DNA of 64,000 nt, taken from Octopus sinensis (Eukaryota). Location: the NCBI RefSeq assembly GCF_006345805.1, contig NC_043007.1, positions 53,754,001 to 53,818,000 on the forward strand, given 5' to 3'. The notes beneath the pieces are model-generated. The model did no database searches. It saw only the letters and a list, made by a program, of their open reading frames with translations, and was not told where the DNA came from. Positions 36,666 to 50,335 of the stretch are shown here, one piece after another (the first letter of the stretch is position 1; the number at the start of each line of letters is the position of its first letter). Position numbers and translations under genes: made by a program.

Positions 36666-36709
36666 GACCACTGATGCGGTCACAGGTGTGTGACGAAAGA
36701 ACTCTGGCC
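36666..36709 (+). ncRNA. Hammerhead-like variant (A9 replaced by CG; CUC site)
   Basis: GACCA CTGATG CG GTCACA GGTG TGTGAC GAAAG AA CTC TGGCC. Confidence 0.5.
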
Positions 36710-36899
36710 AAAATAAGATTAAGATTAATGTAAAAAATAAATAACACTGAAGCAAAATAACACCAAATATATTTGGTGCGTGTATTTTTATTGGCTAAAC
36801 TGGCAAAATGACCATCCTGAAATATAACAATATCTGTTTCAACACACGACTTCACATAAAAAATCTTACACAACAAATATATAAACGTATACATATCAT

Positions 36900-37110
36900 C
36901 ATTATCATTTAACATCTGCTTTCCATGCTAGCATGGGTTGGATGATTTGACTGAGGACTGGTGAACCAGGTGGCTGCACAAGGCTCCAATCTGATCTGGC
37001 AGAGTTTCTACAGCTGGATACCCTTCCTAACACCAACCACTCAGTGAGAGTAGTGGGTGCTTTTACGTGCCACCGGCACGAGGGCCAGTCAGGCGGTACT
37101 GGCAATGGCC
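36900..37110 (-). repeat. RTE 3'-end/SINE-like copy
   Basis: atcatttaacatctgctttccatgctagcatgggttgg...ctggatacccttcctaacaccaacc. Confidence 0.8.
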
Positions 37111-37204
37111 ACAATAAAATGGTATGTTAATATGCATACTTATATGTATGTATGTATATGTATATTTGTATATATATATATGTGTGTATGTATGTATGTA
37201 TGTC

Positions 37205-40200
37205 AGGTGCTGAATAACAACTCTCCTTCCCATGTTCCCTCTCGCATCCCTTTCCAAGTTTTCAGAGTTGGCACTGTAAATGTAGGCACACTGAAATATG
37301 GATCTAATGAGATTGTAGAGATGCTTGAAAGGAGGCATGTTGATATATGTTACATCCAAGAGGTTAGGTTGAGAGGAGCTTCAGCCAGGTTCCTCACAGG
37401 CAAGACACATAGGTGTAAAATCTCCTGGAGAGGTAAAGTGACAGTGTTGGCATACTCCTAGCTGAGAAATGGGTGGATAAGGTCATAACGATAGTTAGAG
37501 TATGTGATAGAGTCCTTAAGCTCAGGCTAGTCTTGCAGAATAGTATAGCTACAATTATATCTGCCTACGCCCCACAAGCAGTCCTACAAAATCAACCACT
37601 TTTATGATATTCTTCTGCAGGCTACCTCGATGATGAGTGACAATGATCTCATCTTCGTGGTGGTGGGGATTTTAATGGGCATGTTGGACGGCAGTCCAGT
37701 ATCTATCATGGTGTTCATGGAATTGGTTCCTGAAATAAAGAGGGAACAAGGCTATTGGAGTTCTGTGATGGGAATAACCTTTTGACCTGCAACACCAACT
37801 TCAGGAAGCCAGCCGGCCACCTGATAGCCTATTAATGAGGTGACTCTGCTAGCCAGATAGATTTCATTCTGACCAGACAGTAGGATGCATGATTGCTCTT
37901 CAATGCAAAGACTCTTCCTGGTGAAGAATGTACCTCCCAGCATAGACTAGTCATTAGCAACTTTAGACTCCATGCCAGAACGATGCCAAGAAGTACACCA
38001 ATCTGGGAAAGAAAGGTCTGGAAACTTAAGGACTTTTCATATGGTCAGAGATTTAGGGCTAACCTAATTGAGAAATTTGATGAGTGGGAGGAGCAGCTAC
38101 ACACTTGTGACATAGAGGGCAACTGAGAATTCCTGTGAGACAGCTTGCTGAGTGGCACAGACCAAATCTGTGGCTGGTGTAAAGTTCCTTCCAGACCCAG
38201 GGTAATGTGGTGGTGGAACAATACCATAGACAGGGCCTGGAAGAGTTGGGGCAGCAGGGAACTGTATCAGATAGTCAGGAAACAAGTATATCTAGGCGTG
38301 GGAGAAGCAGAAAAGAAGTTCAGCTCTGTCAGGACCAATGAACTGAAGTATTTCAGATTGCAAGACAGTGTGTGAGAGAGAATTGTGATGTCATAGGAGA
38401 GAAATATGTTTACATGGATGATGGTGCACTTGCTTTTAATAAGTCTGCAAAGAAAGAGGCTTGGAAAGACTACTGAATGAGGAGAATGAATGGGAGGAGA
38501 GTCTGCCAAATGTTGACCCAACTGAGGGACCAGCTCTCCAAATTGAGAGTACCCTGGTAGATAAAGCAAGGATACGAAGACCCATCAAGAATCACTGCTG
38601 AGATGCTTAAAATATCTGGTAGTGTGGGTTATAGTCTAGTCACCTGTATTGTAAATCAGGTGGTTCATGAAAAAGTCATACCCAATGACTGGTGTAGCAG
38701 CACCATAGTCAACTACTACAAAGGTAAAGATGATGCCATAGATAGAAATAATTACAGAGGTATCGAATTGTTGGATCAGGTGATGAAAGTTGTGGAGAGA
38801 GTCATAGCCCAGCTAATTAGGTAGAGAGTTAGTCTAGATGAGATGCAGTTTGGCTTTGTACCAGGTAGAAGCACTACTGATGCTATATTTCTGGTAAGGG
38901 AACTGCAGGAGAAATACCTAGCCAAAGATAATCCTCTGTACTTGCTTTTGTTGACTCAGAGAACGCTTTTGACAGAGTCCCCCGGTCCATTATCTGGTGG
39001 TCAATGTAGAAACTAGGGATAGATAAGTGGTTGGTGAGAGCTGTACAAGCCTTGTACAGGGACACTACCAGTAAGGTGAGTGTGGATTACAGCGAAGAAT
39101 ACAGGGTAGAAGTAGGGGTTCATCAAGGATTGGTGCTCAGCCCCCTCTTATTCATCATAGTCCCCCAGGCAATAACAGAGGAATTCAAGACAGGATGCCC
39201 CTTGGAGCTCCTCTGTGCTGATGACCTTGTTCTTATAGCTGAATCACAACCTGAGCTAGAGAAGTTCCAAGTATGGAAACAAGGTCTAGAATCAAAGGGT
39301 CTTAGAGTTAACCTTGCAAAAATCAAAGCCATAGTAAGTAGGAAGGCAGACAAATCACAAATCCTCTCTGGTAGATGGCTCTACTCAGTCTGTAGAAAGG
39401 GTGTAGAAATTCCATAAGATGCACCCAGTGTATGCTTTGGACACACAAAAGGTGCAGCAACATCAAAGGAAGATTAACAGAGAAATTAACTTTTGTATGT
39501 GGAATGTACAGTCATAATAAATCCTGAACATGTGCAGAAAATAGACTCCATCAACTGCCAGTAGGGAAGCTAGAGGTAGTAGATAGCTTCCAGTATTTAG
39601 GTGACTAGGTTAGTGGTGGAGGTGGTTGTTCCGATAGCGTAGCTGTGAGAATAAGATTAGGCTGGGCAAAGTTCAGAGAGCTCCTACCTCTGCTGGCAAC
39701 AAAGGGCCTCTCTCTCGGAGTGAAAGGCAGGTTGTTTGATGCCTGTGTACAAACAGCTATGCTGCATGGCAGTGAAACATAGGCTATGACAGCCGAGGAC
39801 GAGCATAGGCTTCAGAGAAATGAAGCCAGTATACTTGTTAGATGTGCAATGTCAGTGTGCATGTTCGACAGAGTGTAAGCGTCTTAAGAGAAAAGTTAGG
39901 CATAAGAGGAATCAGATGTAGTGTGCAAGAGAGACGACTGCACTGGTATGGTTATCTGAGACATATGGACGAGGACAGTTGTGTAAAGAAGTGCCAATCT
40001 TTAACTGTGGAGGGAACCTGTGGTAAAGGTAGACCCAGGAAGACATGGGATGAGGCGGTGAAGCATGACCTTTGAATTTTGAACCCCACAGAGGCAATGA
40101 CTTGCAACCGAGACATTTGGCAATGTGTTCTATTTAAGAGGACCTGTCAAGCCAAAACTCACCCGTGCTGGTGGCACGTAAAAAATATCAACCTTGAACG

Positions 40201-40637
40201 TCAGGCCTGACAGAGGCAAAGTGATGAGCATTTGGGCCTCATGGAGACAAAGTAGCTGAGTTCCTTTTGAATGTTGGTCCTCACGGAGGCAAAGTGGCCG
40301 AGCTCCTTTTGAGTTTTGGGCCTCATGGAGGCAATGAACAAGACATTTGGCATTATGTTGTGCTTGAGAAGAAGACCCATCAAGTGAGCAAAATCGCAGT
40401 TGTGGCAGATACTGGTGTCATGCAAATGGCACCTATGCCGGTGGCAAGTAAAAGAACCCATAACACTCTGAGTGGTTGGCATTAGGAAGGGCATCCAGTC
40501 ATGAAAAACAATGCCAAATCAGACTGAAGTCTGGTGCAGCATGCAGCCCAGTCAAATCATCCAACCCATGCCAGTAGGGACAATGGATGCAAAATGATGA
40601 TGAGGATGATAATGATGGTAATGATGATGATGATGAT
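37205..40637 (+). mobile_element. Near full-length degenerate RTE LINE, same family as 11755-15575
   Basis: FRVGTVNVGTLK..IQEVRLRG; NYRGIELLDQVMKV; VGVHQGLVLSPLLF..CADDL; (ATG)n tail. Confidence 0.92.
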
Positions 40638-40936
40638 ATATGTGTATGTATATATTTATATATATAAATAATGTGTGTGTATATATATATACAGGGTGTT
40701 CTATAAAGGGTACCAAATTTGAAAGGTGAATAATTAAAACAAATTCTTATAAACATGTTTACATTCTACATATTTTTAATGAGTATAGAACACAATGTCT
40801 ATCATATGTCCACCTGCACTGAGTCTGCATACATTGATGTGCTCTTTAAAATTTCCGATAACTCTTTCACAGATATGTGGCCTGATGCCTCCAATCACGT
40901 CTGATTTCAGCTTTGTATACATTTATATATATAATG

Positions 40937-40987
<51 letters not shown>

Positions 40988-41156
40988 GTATGTATATTCA
41001 AAGGGCAAGACCACTAGGTAGTCGGCCATATGCTAGAAATAGATCATCTACGATCAAACTACAAAGAAAAGAATGTTCTCTAGAGGAAAATTCAGCGGAC
41101 ACCAGAACAATTAGGCAGGCAAGACAAATGAAAATTATATAAAAAATCAGAATTAC

Positions 41157-41232
41157 TCACAGACCGGCGGTTTCGTCTATTAACAAATGAATTACTTATA
41201 TAATCCAATTGTCCGTAGACTCGTCAGTGCGA
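41157..41232 (-). ncRNA. Canonical type I hammerhead ribozyme, copy 1 (GUC site; cut after 41162)
   Basis: TCGCA CTGACGA GTCTA [36-nt foldable insert] TAGAC GAAAC CGCCG GTC TGTGA; canonical G10.1-C11.1 pair. Confidence 0.9.
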
Positions 41233-41793
41233 TCGTTCCACGGGTAATGTAATTTGTAAAACTAACCACCAGCTTTCCGTACAAAAACAGACACGTGTTT
41301 AGTTTCACCGATTACATTAGGGATAATTTCAAATGTCTTAGTTCTGGTGCGCTAAAATTCCAATGCGTATATATGTACATATGTATATTTAATGTGTAGT
41401 GGTTGGTTGAGCTGAAAACATGCACACCTACGTTAAAAGTGCTGGCGAGTTTGCATGGCAACTATTTTTTTCAAAAATGAAAGGCGTGACCTCTAGGACA
41501 AAATTCCTCATCTTTTCAAATGTGGCCCGAGTAGACCCAAATGAAATTGGGTTATATTAACCAAAATGTGAAAAGAGGTCTAAATGGGCCAGCGCTGTCA
41601 CTCTTCCACATCCTCTCTCTTTCTCTACGTCTGTCTGCATTCAAAGAGAGAATTATCATCGCCACCATCACCACACAATCATGAGAACAAATATTATGAA
41701 TAAGATATTTATTGGGTTAATTTATATGTGTGAGTGTGTGTTCTATATATAAATATGTATCTATAATGTATATATACAAAGTGTATATATCTG

Positions 41794-41839
<46 letters not shown>

Positions 41840-42135
41840 ATTTGCATACATTTGTATATATAATGCGTACACACAAACACACATATATATAATTCATATA
41901 TATGTACACACCACACACACACACACACACCACACACACACCACACACATATATATATATATATATGTATGTATATTCAAAGGGCAAGACCACTAGGTAG
42001 TCGGCCATATGCTAGAAATAGATCATCTACGATCAAACTACAAAGAAAAGAATGTTCTCTAGAGGAAAATTCAGCGGACACCAGAACAATTAGGCAGGCA
42101 AGACAAATGAAAATTATATAAAAAATCAGAATTAC

Positions 42136-42211
42136 TCACAGACCGGCGGTTTCGTCTATTAACAAATGAATTACTTATATAATCCAATTGTCCGTAGACT
42201 CGTCAGTGCGA
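42136..42211 (-). ncRNA. Canonical type I hammerhead ribozyme, copy 2
   Basis: Same sequence as 41157-41232, offset by 979 nt. Confidence 0.88.
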
Positions 42212-42776
42212 TCGTTCCACGGGTAATGTAATTTGTAAAACTAACCACCAGCTTTCCGTACAAAAACAGACACGTGTTTAGTTTCACCGATTACATTAGG
42301 GATAATTTCAAATGTCTTAGTTCTGGTGCGCTAAAATTCCAATGCGTATATATGTACATATGTATATTTAATGTGTAGTGGTTGGTTGAGCTGAAAACAT
42401 GCACACCTACGTTAAAAGTGCTGGCGAGTTTGCATGGCAACTATTTTTTTCAAAAATGAAAGGCGTGACCTCTAGGACAAAATTCCTCATCTTTTCAAAT
42501 GTGGCCCGAGTAGACCCAAATGAAATTGGGTTATATTAACCAAAATGTGAAAAGAGGTCTAAATGGGCCAGCGCTGTCACTCTTCCACATCCTCTCTCTT
42601 TCTCTACGTCTGTCTGCATTCAAAGAGAGAATTATCATCGCCACCATCACCACACAATCATGAGAACAAATATTATGAATAAGATATTTATTGGGTTAAT
42701 TTATATGTGTGAGTGTGTGTTCTATATATAAATATGTATCTATAATGTATATATACAAAGTGTATATATCTGTATT

Positions 42777-42812
<36 letters not shown>

Positions 42813-42876
42813 ATTTGCATACATTTGTATATATAATGCGTACACACAAACACACATATATATAATTCATATATAT

Positions 42877-42919
<43 letters not shown>

Positions 42920-43119
42920 ATACAAAATAAGAAAATGAAGAAATACATCTTAATCAATAATCAACTACCAGATTATACCCAATCACATAATTTATTAAAC
43001 CACTACATATGAACATTAAGGTCAAACATAATAATATAGAACAAAACAATGTACACGAATGTGTAATATGATATAATAAGTTCAGTATGTATAAGTGAAT
43101 ATAAATAAACATAAATATA

Positions 43120-43900
43120 AATTACATCTTACAGCTGTTTCGGCCATGCAGATATTGGTGTCTCCTTATGCTCATATTAGCCATGTGTGGTAGGTTAATA
43201 TGTAGTTAGTACTACCCCTGTAGCGATAAATATTAATTTAATGGATGATACTGCTATTCGCAATAGTAATCCTAATGTTAAGAATATCACCAATAATGTT
43301 AAACATGGACTCCCGTTAAATATAGGATTAAGTAGTGGGAATGTGTGTAACACTATTAATAATAATAGGGATGCAGTGAATTGAGGCAAGGTTAAATTTC
43401 CTCAATCTGATAGTAGCTGCAATTGCAGAAACAGAGATAAATGTGTGTTCAGTAATGAATGCCTGAGGAAAGAGGTGGTTTATCAATGCATTGTGAATAC
43501 ACAACATGATAATAGGGTGTACATTGGTGCGACTAAAAATAGTATGAAACAATGGCTAAACTATCATAGATACACTTTTAAAAATAAAAATAAGATGAAT
43601 TCTACGGGGTTAAGTACTTATATTTGGGAACTTAAGAGTAGGAATATAGATTTTGACTTAAATTGGAAAATACTCACTTCTGCATCAGTATATAATAATA
43701 AAAAAAAGAAGCTCTTTATGTATCAATGAAATTTTCTTCATCATCAAAGCTGGCCTACCCATTATTAATAATATTAATGAGCGGAATTATTTTTGCCTTC
43801 ACAGACTAGCATATACCTTCTCTAGATTTAAATAGCACCTAGTTTTTCTACCAGTAATTTTTTAACATTTTTCTATATAGGATTGCGCTCTTGGACATTA
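43120..43900 (+). mobile_element. Penelope-like GIY-YIG fragment; an antisense half-hammerhead lies at 43124-43145
   Basis: CNCRNRDKC..ECLRKEVVYQC..VYIGATKN..NSTGLSTYIWELK (ORF 43445-43729). Minus strand reads GGCC GAAAC AGCT GTA AGATGT with no CTGATGA partner. Confidence 0.8.
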
Positions 43901-44395
43901 TAATTTATAATTTTGTATCTCCATATGTGTTCTGTATTGATTGTTTTTGTCTCGGCTTGAAAATATATTGAAATATATATGATATATATTCTTTACATGG
44001 TATTTTGATCTTCATGGAGTTTTCCATTGGTGTCGGGTGTATACACGTATCATATCTTAGGTTGTTGGCTTGGGACTTTGTTATACTAATACGTAACTAG
44101 TATGGGTCTATATTTAGTATATGTTGTGTATTTTTGGATAAACATGTATATATATATTTACTTATATTTTGTGTGTATGTGTATGTATTTTTCAGTATGT
44201 ATATGTATATATTTGTATATGTATATGTTTATGTGTAGGTGTATGTATTAGTCTACGCATACTTGTGTATACGTATGTGGATATATGTGATTGTATATGT
44301 ATATATATCTTCCTTGTAAGCTTTCCCATGTATTTGTTTGGCAGTCTTATATATTAAGTTCTCTTTGTATACATCTAAATTTGTATTTTATTTTA

Positions 44396-44433
<38 letters not shown>

Positions 44434-44529
44434 CCTCCTTCTTTATTATTACTATTATCATTACTTTATTTTATTTTATTTTATTTGTTAATCCTTATTT
44501 ATTATTTTTAATTTTATCTTTTATTTATT

Positions 44530-45540
44530 TATGGCAACTATTTGTTTCCTCAGATGAAAAGCGTGACCTCTAGGACAAAATTCCTCATCTTTTAAAATGT
44601 GGCCCTATTACACCCAAGTGAAATCGGCTTATATTAACCAAACAAGTAAAACAATGAAAAACTATGACATTTTAATCCCAAGTAAGTTCGGGTATCTCTG
44701 TAGGTCTACTACATATTTGTGAAAAGGGCAGACGTTGTCTCACAAGCAGTTATACAGGTAAAGTGTTAGTAAATATGGTAGGATTCAGTTGAAAATTTGC
44801 ACACATATGTTAAAAGTCCTGGCGAGTTTGCATGACAACTTTGAGTTTGCTCAATTGAAAAGTGTGGCCTCTAGGGCAAAATTCCTCATCTTTAAAGTGT
44901 GGCCCGCGTAGACCCGAATGAAATCGAATTACAATACCGAAACAAATAAAACAATGATAAACTATTTTAATCCTGAGCAAGACCGGGTTTCTCTGCTACC
45001 TATATATATATAAATGAGGCTTCGGGTCAAAAGTGTGTGCACGTTTTGCTACGTCAGAGGTTGGCGGCCACACCAGTGGTCAGATCGAGCTGAAAATTGA
45101 CACAGGCATAGAAGGTGTGATGAGGCAGAGAGTTGAGTTGGTTAAAACTCACCATCTGGAAAGATGTGGTTGCTATGGTAGAAGATTCAAGGGGACTCTA
45201 AGCCCCCCCCCCCGATTGGCGCGATTGGCATTTAATCCTATGTATAAATTGAAAAAGACGAACGTAGACACAAATTGGATTTTTATGTAAAAAGGTGTCT
45301 AAATGGGGCTGGAAGGGGATTCAAATTTACAGGAGGGGGTAACTTGAGTGGGGAAATTGATTGGGAGACGTTTTGTGGCGCTACAGTGGTTGCTTTGGTG
45401 TGAAAACTAGGATTTTATTGATTTGGAGGGACACTTTGTGGTCTAGATCGGACACCTTTTGCCCGATTTCAATCAAATTTTCAACATGGTAAAGTGGAAG
45501 CGGATTTGTAATTTAAACACGGAAATCTAATTTTTTTATA
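44530..45540. mobile_element. Helitron-like non-autonomous fragments (a related segment is inside the 979-bp unit)
   Basis: gcgtgacctctaggacaaaattcctcatctttt is repeated; ends ccgggtttctctgctac resemble the reverse complement of the CTAGCAGAGATACCCGG 5' ends at 25501 and 48971. Confidence 0.5.
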
Positions 45541-45699
45541 AATGGCAGAGAGATAGATAGAGAAAGATAAAGAGTAAGAGAAAGCGAGGGAAAGTCTGAG
45601 AGAAAGGAAGAGTAAGAGAGTGGGAAAATGAGAAAGGATAGAGAAACAGAAGGGAAGCAACAGAAAGTAACAACCACAACCTCACCCACGCATAGAGTG

Positions 45700-46500
45700 G
45701 GTCACCTTAAGCTAGTATACCTAGTAACTCCCAAAATTCTATAACTAATAACTACAATTATCAGAATAACCAAAAGAATAACCCCTAATCCATATAGACA
45801 TAATAGCATAGTACCAACTAATAATTTAAATTGTAATTGTAGATACCCAAATGCTTGTGAAGTAGATGAAAATAGAAAATGAAAGTAGTATACCAAGCAA
45901 CAATTATTATCAATAATTTTTCTAAATATATATACATCGCTTGTATGAAGAATTCTTTAAAATTGAGAATAAATAATCATAAATCCTCCTTTAATGACCC
46001 TAGAAAAGAGAATAGCACAGGTCTACCTAACAAAGTTTGGCAACTCAAAAGGAGCAATACAGATTACTCAATCTTATTATAGATATAATAACAAAATCTG
46101 TAAATTATGCCTGGAAGAGAGTTATAATAAAATGAAAATGAATGGTCTCCTTGTTAATACCAGGGATGTAAAAGTTTTTTTATGCAGACATATGTCCAAA
46201 TTCCTTTTTATTAATCATAAATAATATTCCCCTGCCCACCTTTAAATTTTTTTATTATCATTTTCCTTCTCTTTCTAATAAATCTTTTTCTTTAAATCTC
46301 TCTCTCTCTCTCTCCCTATTAACCTTCTCTATGGTATCAGATTATTATTATTCTAATACTCTGCCCATCAATTAATCTTATACTCTATGGATATTTATTA
46401 TTTAACCATCCCCTCTTATAATTACATGACCCACCTTATATTGATCTAGCACCTTTTCCAAATCTCCCTTTCTCTCAATATATTCTTGGATATTCCCTTA
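45700..46500 (+). mobile_element. Penelope-like GIY-YIG fragment
   Basis: CNCR, VVYQAT, YIYIA..KLRINNHKSSF..NSTGL..VWQLK, CKLCLEE. Confidence 0.78.
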
Positions 46501-46516
46501 GTATATATATATATAT

Positions 46517-47456
46517 CAAAATAGCTGAACATCAATGGAATTTGTATCTTTGTGGTACCAGTGCTGGTGGCACACAAGAAAACCCGTGGCCCCTACCTGG
46601 AACGTAGTCAGTCCACCTGTGCATACCTTCCTTCTTGTGACACTTGTGAAGACCTGTTGAGGCAAGTGAAAATCAAATCAAATCAAAACAAATCAAAATA
46701 GATGAACATCAATGAATTTGTATCTCTGTGGTACCAGTGCTGGTGGCACACAAGAAAACCATCCGAACGTGGCCGCGCCAGTACCGCATCGACTGGCCTC
46801 CGTGCTGTGGCACGTAACAAACACCATCCGATCGTGGCCGTTCGCCAGCCTCATCTGGCACCTGTGTCGGTTTCACATAAAAAAACACCATCCGAAGACC
46901 CGGCAAGACTAGTCAGGCCATAACCCGTGGGCCCTACCTGGGACGTAGTCAGTCCACCTGTGCATACCTTCTTGTGACACTTGTGAAGACCTGTTGAGGC
47001 AAGTGAAAATCAAATCAAATCAAAACAAATCAAAATAGATGAACATCAATGGAATTTGTATCTCTGTGGTATCAGTGCCGGTGGCACACAAGAAAACCAT
47101 CCGAACGTGGCCGTAGCCAGTACCGCATCGACTGGCCTCCGTGCTGTGGGCACGTAACAAACACCATCCAATCGTGGCCGTTCGCCACCTCATCTGGCAA
47201 CCTGTGTCGGTGGCACATAAAAACACACCATCCGAGCGTGGCCGTCTGCCAGCCTCGTCTGGCACCTGTGTCGGTGGCACATAAAATCACCCACTACACG
47301 CTCGGAGTGGTTGGCGTTAGGAAGGGCATCCAGCTGTAGAAACATTGCCAGATCTGACTGGCCTGGTGCAGCCTTCGGGCTCCCCAGACCCCAGTTGAAA
47401 CCGTCAAACCCATGCTAGCATGGAAAGCGGATGTTAAATGATGATGATGATGATGA

Positions 47457-47460
<4 letters not shown>
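46517..47460 (+). repeat. RTE 3' UTR modules in internal tandem array, ending in (ATG)n
   Basis: aaaatag.tgaacatcaatg.aatttgtatct occurs at about 46517, 46694 and 47032; gtgacacttgtgaagacctgttgaggcaagtg occurs twice. Confidence 0.8.
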
Positions 47461-47509
<49 letters not shown>

Positions 47510-47764
47510 CTTTCTGTAATTCGTTTCTTTTTGCATAATATGTACTTAATTGCACCCTCTCTTATCTATTCCAATTATTATAGTTTAAGTTACTTGCGAA
47601 TCTAACTGATATTCAGTTACATCTTACAGCTGATATATGCATACACATATAATAATAATTCTTGGTACCCAACTCATCTACAAAATGTATGCCTTTTAGA
47701 TATAATTTTTTATTTACCATTTTGTGTTGTTCAACTAATTGATTTATATTATCATTTTATTATT

Positions 47765-47797
<33 letters not shown>

Positions 47798-48035
47798 CTT
47801 CTTCTTCTTCTTCTTATTATTATCATCATCATCATCATTACTAGTATTACTATTGTTGCTTATTAGCTATATATTAACACTGATTTATATTTTATTTATA
47901 AAATGATTACACATGTACGTATGTCCAACATTCATAAACATGCATATTCAGATGTGTATATATATAAGAATTTTTTGTGTAATGAGATAAAAAAAACCAA
48001 GGCTGTATAGATATTAGAGCATTTATAGATAGAAT

Positions 48036-48087
48036 GTCTTACAGCTGTTTCTAGGATATTAATTAATAATATCCCTTCATTGGAGAC
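48036..48087 (-). ncRNA. Decayed homolog of the 25872-25919 hammerhead (core CCAATGA), in a Penelope-like terminal fragment at about 47990-48800
   Basis: GTCT CCAATGA AGGGATATT ATTAATT AATATCCTA GAAAC AGCT GTA AGAC. Confidence 0.7.
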
Positions 48088-48868
48088 GGTGTGAGAGGAA
48101 AAATTAAGTCATAGTTAGTTTCAATGTGATACAAAATAGAAAGTGAGGTAGAGGAAAGAATACAGATGTAAGATATGTATGGGTATTGAATTCGTGAATC
48201 CGTTTTATAGGCTTAATGGTTTATATGCAATATTCCAATATCCTTTGAGTAAAATCCAAAAGACCAACAGAGTTTTATATGAGTCCATCCAAATATAGAG
48301 TTTATAAGCAATGTAGGATTCTCTTAAATTTGGTCATTCCCAGTAGGGAATTTATATTGAGTGTAGCAGGTTTTGTATTTAAACTGACCTAGAAATAGGG
48401 AGTGTATTAGTATGGGTAAATTGAAAACAGGAAGAGAGGAATGAAAAAAAAGGAAAAAAGAAAGGAAAGAAAGAATGAAAGAGAAAAGAGAAATAAGATT
48501 AGTAAAAATAACAAAGAATAAAGAATAAAAGCCCTGAAGATATGAATAAAGGGAATAAGGAAAAGAAAAAAGAAAAATTAAGATATAGGTTGGTCAGTGG
48601 TCAGTGGAGATAATTTGAAAGCAGGAGTGGGGATAGAGAGAGAAAGGTATTATAGTGTAAAAGATAGGAGGGGAGGTTAAGAGGTAGAGGAAATACCAAT
48701 GTGTTGTAGTAGCTTCTAATTGTGAGGTAAATATATGAAGAATTAAGGAAATGGCAGTGTTAAGTAGTCTGAGAAAATATATATGTAAAGATGAATATAC
48801 ATGTATATATCAGATAAGTTACAAATATAATTCATGTATCATCGTCCCTGCATATGCAGTTATATATA

Positions 48869-48911
<43 letters not shown>

Positions 48912-48913
48912 TA

Positions 48914-48971
<58 letters not shown>

Positions 48972-50251
48972 TAGCAGAGATACCCGGCATTGCCCGGTTA
49001 CATTCAATTGAAGAATTAGGCTTTTCTGTTATATTTTCTGTAATGAACTGGAATATCTATGTTTCGAATTTCATCAAAATTGCAGATGAGGGTTATTTTC
49101 CACTTTACACACCCTAAAAAAATTGTAATCGTGCCACATGTATCCTATACTACTGATTTTTATGTGCATATTCCAAAATTCCAGTCTTAAAGAACCTGTT
49201 AAAAGGATTTTGCTTCTGAAAAATGAAGGTCATGGAGCTCTAAAATGTGAGAGTTAAGGCCCCTGTTGGGGGTGGGCATCTTAATGTCAACCAGAGAAGT
49301 TGAATTGTTGAAAAGCTTTTTAACTTGGGTCATATATCTATTGTTTGGATTTCTTTGAAATAGGAAATATATGTTCATTGGGTTTATAAAAGAGAGCAAA
49401 GATGAATGATCGCAATAAGCAGTCAGCTACAATACCCTAGTCGTTACCACTCCCAATGTAGTATTCCTCACCATGCAGGTGACAGGCACAGCCGTAAGAT
49501 GCATTACAAATCTATAGCAATTGGAAGGGCGTGACCCAACTGAAATAAACATTAACAACTGTGTGACGTGAGGGCTAAGGAGAAATGAAAGTTGGAGTTT
49601 GCAAATGACCACTATACTGGACAGAATAAATTTACAATCTATAAATGTCTTTGAATAACCAGTCACTCATCTGGGATGGTCTTGAAATCAATGTTACCAT
49701 GTGGGGACTATGTGTTTCCGAGTGATAATAAAAAAAAACTGAAAGGAGGTGTGCAATCAAATAACTTTACTCAACACTTTGCAACTGAATCAGTGGAAGC
49801 AAAGATGCCTCCCATTTACTTGACAATTTATGCACCACATTGCAGAATTCACAATGTAACTGTATGTCAAAGCAAACTCTTACACTGTTGTACCATTGAA
49901 TTAGAAATAATGCCCAACTTTTATGCTCGGGTAACCCTACAGCTTCCAAGAGCACAACTGTATTCGTTTTTGCTTAGATAAAATGACAAAATTGTGGGTG
50001 TTAAGTCCCCATGGAGGGGTCTTTCTAACTTGTAAGAAGATGAAATTTTATAAATATTACTTCATTTGTGTCTAAAATTTATGGTTAAAATTTCATCAGC
50101 AGCAAAAATATATGAATTGTCATGGGGGTTATGGCCCTTATGCATAGAATATAATTTCCAAATTTCCTAAAGATCCATTCAGTACTTTTGACATAGTTTT
50201 GGATCATAAAGAAATGACTAAAATTTGGGAGTCAAGGCTCCCATTAGGGTG

Positions 50252-50321
<70 letters not shown>

Positions 50322-50335
50322 TACATATATATATA

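Larger units (their letters stand above)
40915..42915. repeat. Direct tandem duplication with a 979-bp period
   Basis: aagggcaagaccactagg at 41001 and 41980; agaccggcgg at 41161 and 42140. The copies look identical outside the microsatellites. Confidence 0.95.

Noticed and set aside
46517-47290. Repeated units that could be mistaken for a CRISPR-like array
   Set aside because: Eukaryotic context, long units derived from the RTE 3' UTR, no unique spacers and no cas genes
49400-49980. Possible Helitron helicase remnant (GLPEHK, FNGTT)
   Set aside because: Only weak, frameshifted similarity; not enough to call
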